From the NCBI GenBank assembly GCA_023443745.1, contig JAEZTB010000059.1:11998-75997 (forward strand): a DNA stretch of 64,000 bases, read 5' to 3'. Origin of the DNA: Bacillota bacterium. GTDB lineage: Bacteria; Bacillota; Clostridia; DSM-8532. Below, in pieces: positions 1 through 7,708 of this stretch (the stretch's first letter is position 1; the number at the start of each line of letters is the position of its first letter). A model generated the notes under the pieces. That model did not search any database and was not told the DNA's origin. It was given only the letters and a program-made list of their open reading frames with translations. The translations under genes were made by a program, and so were the position numbers.

Positions 1-33
1 TATCAGCCTGATCTTTTTCGAATTTGCTTTCAT
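1..33 (-). CDS. 5' end (first 11 codons, MKANSKKIRLI) of an unidentified CDS running off the left edge
   Basis: ATG at 33-31 on the minus strand, with GAGGGGAG 7 nt upstream (plus-strand ctcccctc at 41-48). Frame is open to position 1. Too short to name. Confidence 0.25.
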   Translation of the reverse strand, partial: MKANSKKIRLI

Positions 34-105
34 ATAAATTCTCCCCTCAATTCTCCATACACGCTATCGATCCGTTGGTAACTTTAAATGGCAGGTTGCA
101 TTAAA

Positions 106-1002
106 TCAGTGATATATCATGCCTATCAGTAAAGAATATGCAATAAGCAGCAGCGTATAAAGAACTATGAATATTGGACGCAGAATGGCGGCAAGGGCCA
201 TCAGCGGTGTTATCCGCGTTGCCGGGCCGACCAGGAGAAACGCCATCGCCGCCCCCTTGCCCATGCCCGTGTTCATAAACTCCCGGACTACGGCTATTAC
301 CCCGCCTCCGCATGCATACAGCGGTACTCCCATTAAAGCAGCCTTGAGAACGGCAAAGAAGCCGTTACCCGCAAAAACGCTCTGCAGCCAGGCTTTCGGT
401 ATGAAAACATCAATAACGGCGCTGAGCATAACACCCATTAGCATATAAAAACCGATGAATTGCAGGGTTTTTGCGCAATTGCGGAAAAGAGTTCTTATGT
501 TGAATTTGCCCACGTATTTTTCTTCCCCGCCATTTGAATCGTATGCCTTTACCCGGGGGTTTACAATCAAACGAAAGGGTATCCGGTAGAGAATCATTCC
601 GAGGACAAAGCCGAAAGCAAGTACGGCCAACAACCTCACCAATGCGATCTCGGCTCCGAGGCCGCCCCATGTGATGAAAAACAACTGTGGATTCATCATT
701 GAGGACACCGCGAGAAACGTAATCAAAGGCGATATGTTAATTCCCGCCCGGTACAATTGTAGAACGACCGGAATCGTGCCATAGGTGCATAAGGGTGAAG
801 CTGCTCCCAATATGGCTGCGAATACGACCGACAGCACAGGAGACTTTCCGAGCACCTTAACCATCAGCTCGGTCCATGACGTAAATCTTAAAAGCTCTCC
901 TACAATAACGCCGACAACCATATAAGGCGCCAATTCCAGAAGCAAATACCCTGAATTATAAAAAACCAGCAGGATTTTGTCCAAAAATGAATATGTATAC
1001 AT
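106..1002 (-). CDS. Predicted membrane permease, COG0701 / ArsP-type (DUF318) family
   Basis: 298-aa ORF that is hydrophobic throughout (about 8 helices). Two Cys-containing motifs (ASPLCTYG, PLYACGGG) are typical of this two-lobed permease family. Confidence 0.75.
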   Translation of the reverse strand: MYTYSFLDKILLVFYNSGYLLLELAPYMVVGVIVGELLRFTSWTELMVKVLGKSPVLSVVFAAILGAASPLCTYGTIPVVLQLYRAGINISPLITFLAVSSMMNPQLFFITWGGLGAEIALVRLLAVLAFGFVLGMILYRIPFRLIVNPRVKAYDSNGGEEKYVGKFNIRTLFRNCAKTLQFIGFYMLMGVMLSAVIDVFIPKAWLQSVFAGNGFFAVLKAALMGVPLYACGGGVIAVVREFMNTGMGKGAAMAFLLVGPATRITPLMALAAILRPIFIVLYTLLLIAYSLLIGMIYH

Positions 1003-1138
1003 GCATCTCCTTTATATCGTTTCTAGATGCAAAAATACGGGGATTTTGGAATAGACTCCTCATTTTCGACTCTGAGGAAAAATCTTCTTCCTTGATCCCC
1101 GTAAAGCCCTTTTTATCTTTCCTCCATAGCAGCGTTAC

Positions 1139-3250
1139 TCACTCGTAGATACAGATTTCAGCAGCCTGAGCGCCTTTTTCGAATGTTCCGGAATTCTGTG
1201 TGAAGACAAACTGTACAAAAGCAGCGTCGGTCGCGGCAAAATCAATGATGACCAAATTACCTGTCTGGGGATCAAACTGGTACTGTGTTGACGGCACGAC
1301 CGTCGTAAAGCTCTTCCCATCCTTACTGACCTGAATCTCAAAGGTCTGGGTGCGCGGACCCCAAATCGCTGCGGGATTAAGCATTACAACTGCTGTTTTA
1401 ATTTTGAAGGTTCCCTTCAGGTCGATCTTCATGGTATTCGGGAAAGCGGCGCCTTCCCAGTATGTCAGATTCTTGCCGTCATTTACATTTTTCGTCACAT
1501 AGACATCTGTATGCAGACCGCTCTCGACGGGTTTGTTAAGAGCCAGATTTTCGCCGGAGGGTAGCTCGGGGACCACCGGCTCATCCTTTTTAAAGCCTGC
1601 AGGAACTTCAGCTTTAGACTGATCTGGCGTGGCAACGCGTGTAACTATGGGCGCCGGCCTTGTATTGTGAGTTCCGGAAACCGCAGGGGCAGGTGTCTCA
1701 GGAGTCTTTAAAAATTCCACAGTAATATTGGCGGTGTATGAATTGATTTTTGCCTTGAGTTCCTTATCGTTAGTGATTTTCTTTCCGTTTATAACCACAT
1801 TTTTAATGGCCACGTTTTCGATCATATGCTCTTCATCATATCCGTAGATACGGGACGGGGGTGTGACACCCGAGTCCGATTTAAGGACTGTCAGATTCTC
1901 AACCAGAACATCTTTGATCTTACCGCGGTTTGCTGTCGATGACCAACCGCTTGCGGCGATGTTGAAGTCGATGAGTTGATTGTTATCCCCTGCATCTCCT
2001 TTGCCCATCAAAGCATTTTCAACGACGATATTGCTATATGTAACATTCTGAACAAGCGCATCATCGGAGTTATGGATGGACAGCACCGGCTTGTGGAAGT
2101 TATAAAGTACAGTGATATTCTTAAAGGTGATGTTTGAAATCTTGGAATTGTCCATTTTGCCCTTGTTGGTTTCATATCCTATTTCACAGGACTGGGCGAG
2201 ATCTGTCCAGACCTGCACGTTGTCAAAGGTAATTTTGTCTGAGTTCGTACCATAATTTTTCACAACGAGGGAGTCATCCCAGCTGCGCACAAAGCAGTCC
2301 TTGACGTTGTAATTCAGGCACGACTGAAAAGTAAAACCGTCGCCGTTAGGACGCGCTGAAATGATTTTGACATTTGAGATTTCTGCGCCGTCGGATTGGT
2401 AGGAATTGAAGCACCAGGCATTGGAATTGTGGATGATAATACCCTCGACCTTTATATTGCGCGAATTGCGGAAATCAATCGGTACTCTGGCGAATTCGCC
2501 TTGTGAGACCCACGATTCGTGCAGTGACCCGTCAATCATTCCCCTGCCGCGGATTGTCACGTTCTTTGCATTTTCGGCAATGACTGAACCGCGCAATATC
2601 GCACCGCCGGCCAGGTAAAGTGTCTGATTGTCCTTTAGTACCAGGCTCTCAATTTCCCAGTCACCCGGCTCTATAAAAATGACGTTGGGATCGTTTTTGT
2701 CAGGGACATCTTTTTCAAGCGGATTGGCAAAAACATGCATGGCTTTGTTGGCGGATCCGTTGAACTGTACGGTATATTGACCGGGTTTAGATAATGTGAA
2801 CATGACATGTCCATCCTTGACTTCAGCCTGTACGCCTGCTGAAACAGGCGAAACTACTGCAGACGTGATCGTATCGGTCAGGCCTGTCATCCGGATGTCG
2901 ATGGTAACTTCGCCCTCAAAATCGAAATACGCCATCGGAGTCGATGAGAGCTTTGGTGTTTTGCTCCAGGCATGCGTGTTATTGACCACGGCATTATAAA
3001 CAAATACCGGCTGACCTTCAACAGTCATCGTAGCATCAGTTGAAGCGGTTATCGTTTTAGGTGCATCATAGAGAGTTAGCTTTGCTGGAGATCCCTGGGG
3101 CACAGTTTCTTCGATCTTCTTTGGGGTAGGTGTGGAATTGGCCCTGGTAGCCATACTGGGCGCAAAAAGCTGAAAAGCGGCGAATGCGACAATTGCAAAG
3201 GCAAGAATTCCAAGAATAATCAGTTGGGAAATTCCTTTTTTTAGCTTCAT
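1139..3250 (-). CDS. Secreted right-handed beta-helix glycoside hydrolase (GH28/GH49/GH87-like, family unresolved) with C-terminal F5/8 type C (CBM32-like) domain
   Basis: 703 aa with an N-terminal signal/anchor (ILGILAFAIVAFAA). Repeated short beta-helix coils (NVTIRGRG, IKVEGIIIHNS, NVKIIS, FDNVQVW, ITFKNITV, VTYSNIVV). Last ~140 aa are discoidin-like (LALNKPV...YWEG...FEIQVSKDG...AEICIYE). Confidence 0.75.
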   Translation of the reverse strand: MKLKKGISQLIILGILAFAIVAFAAFQLFAPSMATRANSTPTPKKIEETVPQGSPAKLTLYDAPKTITASTDATMTVEGQPVFVYNAVVNNTHAWSKTPKLSSTPMAYFDFEGEVTIDIRMTGLTDTITSAVVSPVSAGVQAEVKDGHVMFTLSKPGQYTVQFNGSANKAMHVFANPLEKDVPDKNDPNVIFIEPGDWEIESLVLKDNQTLYLAGGAILRGSVIAENAKNVTIRGRGMIDGSLHESWVSQGEFARVPIDFRNSRNIKVEGIIIHNSNAWCFNSYQSDGAEISNVKIISARPNGDGFTFQSCLNYNVKDCFVRSWDDSLVVKNYGTNSDKITFDNVQVWTDLAQSCEIGYETNKGKMDNSKISNITFKNITVLYNFHKPVLSIHNSDDALVQNVTYSNIVVENALMGKGDAGDNNQLIDFNIAASGWSSTANRGKIKDVLVENLTVLKSDSGVTPPSRIYGYDEEHMIENVAIKNVVINGKKITNDKELKAKINSYTANITVEFLKTPETPAPAVSGTHNTRPAPIVTRVATPDQSKAEVPAGFKKDEPVVPELPSGENLALNKPVESGLHTDVYVTKNVNDGKNLTYWEGAAFPNTMKIDLKGTFKIKTAVVMLNPAAIWGPRTQTFEIQVSKDGKSFTTVVPSTQYQFDPQTGNLVIIDFAATDAAFVQFVFTQNSGTFEKGAQAAEICIYE

Positions 3251-3286
3251 ATCTATTCTCCTTGATTGACACGAATAGAGGCTTTT

Positions 3287-3304
3287 AGTTTATCGTTTAA
3301 CTTG
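3287..3304. promoter_or_regulatory. Candidate LacI-type operator, copy 1 (agtttatcgtttaacttg)
   Basis: 16/18 identical to copy 2 at 3417-3434. Lies 5 nt downstream of the -10 of the minus-strand promoter for the beta-helix GH gene. Confidence 0.5.
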
Positions 3305-3309
3305 TTCAT

Positions 3310-3338
3310 ATTGTACCATAATGATTTTTAAGGCGCAA
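3310..3338 (-). promoter_or_regulatory. Sigma-A-type promoter for the beta-helix GH gene (TTGCGC-17-TACAAT with TGn extension)
   Basis: Minus strand reads TTGCGC cttaaaaatcattatgg TACAAT: 17-nt spacer with TG at the -15/-14 position. Confidence 0.5.
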
Positions 3339-3379
3339 CCTTTTTAGTTTAATACGACGAAAAAAACTTGACAATAGTA

Positions 3380-3408
3380 TTGACAGTCTATCCAGCATTT
3401 GCTATACT
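3380..3408 (+). promoter_or_regulatory. Sigma-A-type promoter (TTGACA-17-TATACT) for the 3479 surface-protein gene
   Basis: TTGACA at 3380-3385, TATACT at 3403-3408, exact 17-nt spacer. Confidence 0.6.
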
Positions 3409-3416
3409 GAGGTCAA

Positions 3417-3434
3417 AGTTTATCGCTAAACTTG
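3417..3434. promoter_or_regulatory. Candidate LacI-type operator, copy 2 (agtttatcgctaaacttg; arms AAGTTTA/TAAACTT)
   Basis: 7-bp perfect inverted arms around a 4-nt centre tcgc that contains a CG, starting 9 nt after the -10 box at 3403-3408. Confidence 0.55.
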
Positions 3435-3478
3435 ATGAGGTTGAACGGTAAACCAAAATATTAAAGGGAGGCTCATTC

Positions 3479-4339
3479 ATGAAAAAGATTATTGCAACCA
3501 TCGTCTTAGTAGTTATGCTGGTGACATCTATGTCTGTGTTTTCTTATGCAGGTAATATCCCTTCCGACGCTTTTCTCTTCGACAATTTCTCAACATCCCG
3601 CGGTATGAGCACCACTGACAAACCCGCCGACAATGGCGCTGGCCTGCAGTGCTGGTGGCATAATTTCAACGCCGGCGAAGTCAAGGGTAAGCAATGCTCC
3701 CTTACTGATGGCGTGCTGAAAATTGTGTACGGCTTTGAAATGGATGGTAGCGAAGTCGTTACCTGGGGTAACTGGGGCGAAGCATTCGACATTCATTGCA
3801 CAGATTCTACAGGAACAAAGGGCGACCCAAATGCTCAGGACTATAAGTATTTCAACATCACCATCAAAGGTGCTGTCGGTGGCGAAGAGAAGATTCTGAT
3901 CTTCAACCCTGCTCCCGAAGATGATGACAATTATTCCTTATACTTTGACCAACTGGTCCTCGCTGATGGTTCACACCCGAAAATCACAACTGAATGGCAG
4001 ACCCTGAAGATCGACCTCGCTGCTTCCAAAATGCCTCAGGTTTTCAACCGTTTCCACATCAGAGCCATCAAAGACGGCGCTACGATTTATCTTGATGAAC
4101 TCTATTGGACTGTTCCGGATGGCAACGGCAAAAAGCCTGTTCCAAACCAGAACTATATTAAGCTTGCCAGCCAGATTGAAACCAGAGTTGCTGCTTTCGA
4201 TAAAGGTCCTGCAACTACAACTACATCTGGTACAGCCAATCCCAAAACAGCTGACAACGGCATCGTGTCTCTGTTAGTCGTTATGTTGGTTGCTGCTGCT
4301 GGTATTATTACCCTTCGTGTCAAGAAAGTCAGAGAGTAA
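3479..4339 (+). CDS. Surface-anchored CBM-like (jelly-roll) protein, hypothetical
   Basis: RBS AAGGGAGG 7 nt upstream. Signal peptide MKKIIATIVLVVMLVTSMSVFSYA. C-terminus has NPKTAD, then a hydrophobic helix and an RVKKVRE tail, resembling a sortase sorting signal. Confidence 0.7.
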   Translation: MKKIIATIVLVVMLVTSMSVFSYAGNIPSDAFLFDNFSTSRGMSTTDKPADNGAGLQCWWHNFNAGEVKGKQCSLTDGVLKIVYGFEMDGSEVVTWGNWGEAFDIHCTDSTGTKGDPNAQDYKYFNITIKGAVGGEEKILIFNPAPEDDDNYSLYFDQLVLADGSHPKITTEWQTLKIDLAASKMPQVFNRFHIRAIKDGATIYLDELYWTVPDGNGKKPVPNQNYIKLASQIETRVAAFDKGPATTTTSGTANPKTADNGIVSLLVVMLVAAAGIITLRVKKVRE

Positions 4340-4390
4340 TAGCCTGCTTAAGAGCAGCAATCGCTGATTCATTTGATAGTAATTAAATTA

Positions 4391-4428
4391 TATGCCGCCC
4401 TGCAACCGGGGCGGCATATTGCTTTGTG
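4391..4428 (+). terminator. Rho-independent terminator after the surface-protein gene
   Basis: Stem tatgccgccc / gggcggcata (10 bp), 8-nt loop, followed by ttgctttgt. Confidence 0.7.
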
Positions 4429-4492
4429 GGGTTCTTCTTGAATTCAGCCGCTTTATATTTTACAATTAAAAATATAAAATCGGAGGTATATT

Positions 4493-5503
4493 TTGATAAC
4501 ATTAAGAGATATTGCCCGTGAAGCCGGTGTCAGTATTACCACAGTTTCAAACGTCATCAATGAGAAAAAATGCAGGGTTTCAAAAGAACTCGTTGAACGT
4601 ATAAAGGAAATCATCCAGCGTGAAAACTATGTGCCTAATTTGACTGCACGGACGCTCGCCAAGAATTCGTCCAGGATCATAGGCGTTATCAACCACCTGG
4701 TTCCAAAGCTCAACGGCGGCTTTTTGGCTGATCCTTTCCACAACGCTTTCATAAGCGGAATAGAGGATCGTGTACGTGAAAAGGGTTACTTTGTGATGGT
4801 GCGTACGGTTGAGGATGCCAAAGGACTTCAGACAATACACCGAAACTGGAATCTCGACGGTCTGATTCTGACTGGCCTTTTTGAGGATGACTTTCTGGAA
4901 GGTGTTAAAAGCCTCAACATCCCATTCGCTTTGATCGATAGCTATGTCGACCAGCCCGATGTTTACAATGTGGGCCTTGAGGATATGCAGGGGGGCTACC
5001 TTGCAACAAAGTACCTTTTAGAGCACGGACACCGTGAGATTGCTTTTGCATCGCCGCCTGTCAAGCCAAACGGTGTTATAGATCAACGTCTGCAGGGTTA
5101 TCAAAAAGCATTGAAAGAATATGATTTATCTTTTAATCCAAACCTGGTGTTTCAAGGCGAGATTGCCATTCCCGAGGGCATTAAGCTAGGCATCAGACTA
5201 GGGCGACGGCCTGATATTACAGCTGTTTTCGCAAACGCCGACATCCTGGCCGCCGGAATCATATCCGGTTTGCAGGAAATAGGCTTGAGTGTTCCGAAGG
5301 ACAAGTCCATCGTCGGATTTGACGACAACTATCTCAGTATGATAACTTCACCTCGGCTGACAACCATTCATCAGAATGCCGAAGAAAAAGGTGTTATCGC
5401 TACGGAAATGGTCTTTGCACAGATCGATAAAGATGAAAGCCAAATTCAGAACATCATTTTACCTGTCAGCTTGGTAGAACGTGACAGCGTCAGAAGACTA
5501 TAG
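4493..5503 (+). CDS. LacI-family transcriptional regulator
   Basis: TTG start 6 nt after GGAGG. N-terminal HTH ITLRDIAREAGVSITTVSNVIN. Periplasmic-binding-fold sugar-sensor body. Confidence 0.9.
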   Translation: MITLRDIAREAGVSITTVSNVINEKKCRVSKELVERIKEIIQRENYVPNLTARTLAKNSSRIIGVINHLVPKLNGGFLADPFHNAFISGIEDRVREKGYFVMVRTVEDAKGLQTIHRNWNLDGLILTGLFEDDFLEGVKSLNIPFALIDSYVDQPDVYNVGLEDMQGGYLATKYLLEHGHREIAFASPPVKPNGVIDQRLQGYQKALKEYDLSFNPNLVFQGEIAIPEGIKLGIRLGRRPDITAVFANADILAAGIISGLQEIGLSVPKDKSIVGFDDNYLSMITSPRLTTIHQNAEEKGVIATEMVFAQIDKDESQIQNIILPVSLVERDSVRRL

Positions 5504-5507
5504 CCAT

Positions 5508-7676
5508 TTATTCTATAGAAACAGCATCTTTTGTCACTGTTACAACAGTCTCTTTTATTGTATTGCCCGAAATCAGTGTTAAAGGAAACCGCATAGATGT
5601 AATTTGTGCCGGCAAACAAGGTTTCAAGCTTATTTCTCCTTTTTGCACACTGAGCCCTGCAAACCCCAATACAGCAATCATCCACGCTCCACCATTCGAA
5701 GCCGGGTGTGTGCCGCCGATATAAATCTCACCTGCCCAGTGCTTGCCGCCTCCACGCAGATCGATAGAAGCCGAATTGATAAAATGCTGCCAGGCAAGGT
5801 CTGCACGGCCAAACCTGCAGGCTGCCAATGCATACATGCAGGCACTCAGGCTGGAGCCATGCTCTGTTCGTGGTTCATAATACTCCCAGTTCTGCTTCAC
5901 GGTTTCCTCAGTAAACAAGGATGGATACAGTGCCATCATCGCGATGACGTCGGCCTGCTTGATAATCTGGGTATGAGCCGCAACGCCGTTGCCTGAGCCC
6001 CAATATTCCCGATCATCTAAAAGCCTTGCCCTCACTTCGGCGAGTGAACAATCCTCCATCGCAAAATAGTCATCAAACTGTTCAATGATCCCCGTTGTTG
6101 GAACCACAATCCGGCTCTCTAAGGAGCGCACAAGATCAATGTCGTGCTCATAGCCGAGTCTGTTGACCAGGCTTCTGAAGAAGACGGATTCTTTACCGAA
6201 ATGTTTTTCAATCTTCAACACACAGGAAAGACAGTTTTTTGCCATCTGATTAGTGAATACATTGTTGTTGACGCGCTCATGGTATTCGTCCGGTCCTATG
6301 ACATCCAAAATATCGATTTTATCGAAGTCAAGCCTTGCATGAGCCCTGGAAACAAAGAATCTCGCGCACTCAAGGATCACCTCGGCTCCACCTTCCCGGA
6401 GCAGGCTTTCATCCCCTGTAATCTCAAAATATCGCCAAATCGCGTAAGCAATGTCGCCGCTGATATGGATCTGTTTATCGCGGAAATATGTTCTCACCGG
6501 TCGATGGGTGAAAACGTCGACAACATTGTAGTTTGTGCAGCCCTCTATACCGCCTTCCTGGCTCTCCCAGGCATAAAAAGCCCCACGGTATCCGTACTCG
6601 GCGGCTTTGGCTTTTGCACCTTTAAGCGTGTCGATACGATATCGAAGCAAGGTTTTGGCAAGCTGCGGCTCGGTGTGAACAAAGAACGGAAAAAGGAAAA
6701 TTTCCGAATCCCAAAAAATTGCTCCCTTATAGGTCTGTCCCGAAAGTCCGCGTGCGGGGATTGACATGCTGGAGGAATGGCGAGGTGCAATGCTATGAAG
6801 ATGATAAAGACTAGCGTTCAAAGTAAGCTGTACCTCATCAATATCATGACCTTCGAGAACTATCCCGGAGCGCAGCCACAAATCTTCCCAGGCAGCTTCA
6901 TGTTCTGCCAGGATAGCGGCAAACCCCGCGCTGCTTGCTGATAATGCCAGCTCCGTGCTTTGCCTCTCTGCATCTCCTTCATCCAGAGATGTGTATACAT
7001 TTGAAAAAAGCTCAAAGGTATATTTCCTGCCTGCCTCAGCCATGAAGCTGATGGTACGGTATAAGCCGTTTTCATTGTTGCCGGCGATAACATCATGAAA
7101 TTCGGAAACAAGGCTTTGTGATACAGACACATCAATGCCAAGTTCTCCGGTTTTTGCAGTCACATTCAGGCAATTAGAGTTTTTCAGTACATGGTTGAAA
7201 AGATGGGGACCATTGATATCCCATAGTTCTGTGTTGATGCCGGTAACCACCATTGCTTTACAATCATCTTTGAACGTCAGTTCAACCTTTGACGCCAAAA
7301 GATGCGGCTGAGCCATCGAAACAAGGCGCTCACTTTTAAGAATGACTTTTTGGAATTCTGTTTCACGCTGATGAACACCACGCCGAAAGTACACTGTCTG
7401 CCTATGTTTAAGGGGTTCTGCTTCACCTAAGGCCATGGCCTCTCCGGCTACGGACAGCTTAAAAAATAAACCGTTCGGTGCATTGACAGGTTCGCGCCAG
7501 CGATCACCACTCTGGTCATATACTCCGGCAAGGTTGACAGCTGCAAGCTCTGACTTGCCCCACTCGTCCATCGTGCCGCGATAACCCATATAACCGTTGC
7601 CTATCAAAAAGCGATTGCCATTGGTGACAGTTTCTCTCGGGTCATATGTATTTTGACTGTAGCTCCAGACATCCAT
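5508..7676 (-). CDS. GH65-family disaccharide phosphorylase (specificity unknown)
   Basis: 722 aa. N-terminal NGNRFLIGNGYMGYRG, catalytic-region GPDEYHERVNNNVFTN and EPRTEHGSSLS, as in maltose/kojibiose/nigerose phosphorylases. Confidence 0.85.
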   Translation of the reverse strand: MDVWSYSQNTYDPRETVTNGNRFLIGNGYMGYRGTMDEWGKSELAAVNLAGVYDQSGDRWREPVNAPNGLFFKLSVAGEAMALGEAEPLKHRQTVYFRRGVHQRETEFQKVILKSERLVSMAQPHLLASKVELTFKDDCKAMVVTGINTELWDINGPHLFNHVLKNSNCLNVTAKTGELGIDVSVSQSLVSEFHDVIAGNNENGLYRTISFMAEAGRKYTFELFSNVYTSLDEGDAERQSTELALSASSAGFAAILAEHEAAWEDLWLRSGIVLEGHDIDEVQLTLNASLYHLHSIAPRHSSSMSIPARGLSGQTYKGAIFWDSEIFLFPFFVHTEPQLAKTLLRYRIDTLKGAKAKAAEYGYRGAFYAWESQEGGIEGCTNYNVVDVFTHRPVRTYFRDKQIHISGDIAYAIWRYFEITGDESLLREGGAEVILECARFFVSRAHARLDFDKIDILDVIGPDEYHERVNNNVFTNQMAKNCLSCVLKIEKHFGKESVFFRSLVNRLGYEHDIDLVRSLESRIVVPTTGIIEQFDDYFAMEDCSLAEVRARLLDDREYWGSGNGVAAHTQIIKQADVIAMMALYPSLFTEETVKQNWEYYEPRTEHGSSLSACMYALAACRFGRADLAWQHFINSASIDLRGGGKHWAGEIYIGGTHPASNGGAWMIAVLGFAGLSVQKGEISLKPCLPAQITSMRFPLTLISGNTIKETVVTVTKDAVSIE

Positions 7677-7708
7677 GAAAGCTCCTTTACCGAAACAGTG
7701 AATACCTA

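Noticed and set aside
6144-6764. 206-aa plus-strand ORF
   Set aside because: It is antisense within the first GH65 gene, whose frame carries family motifs throughout.
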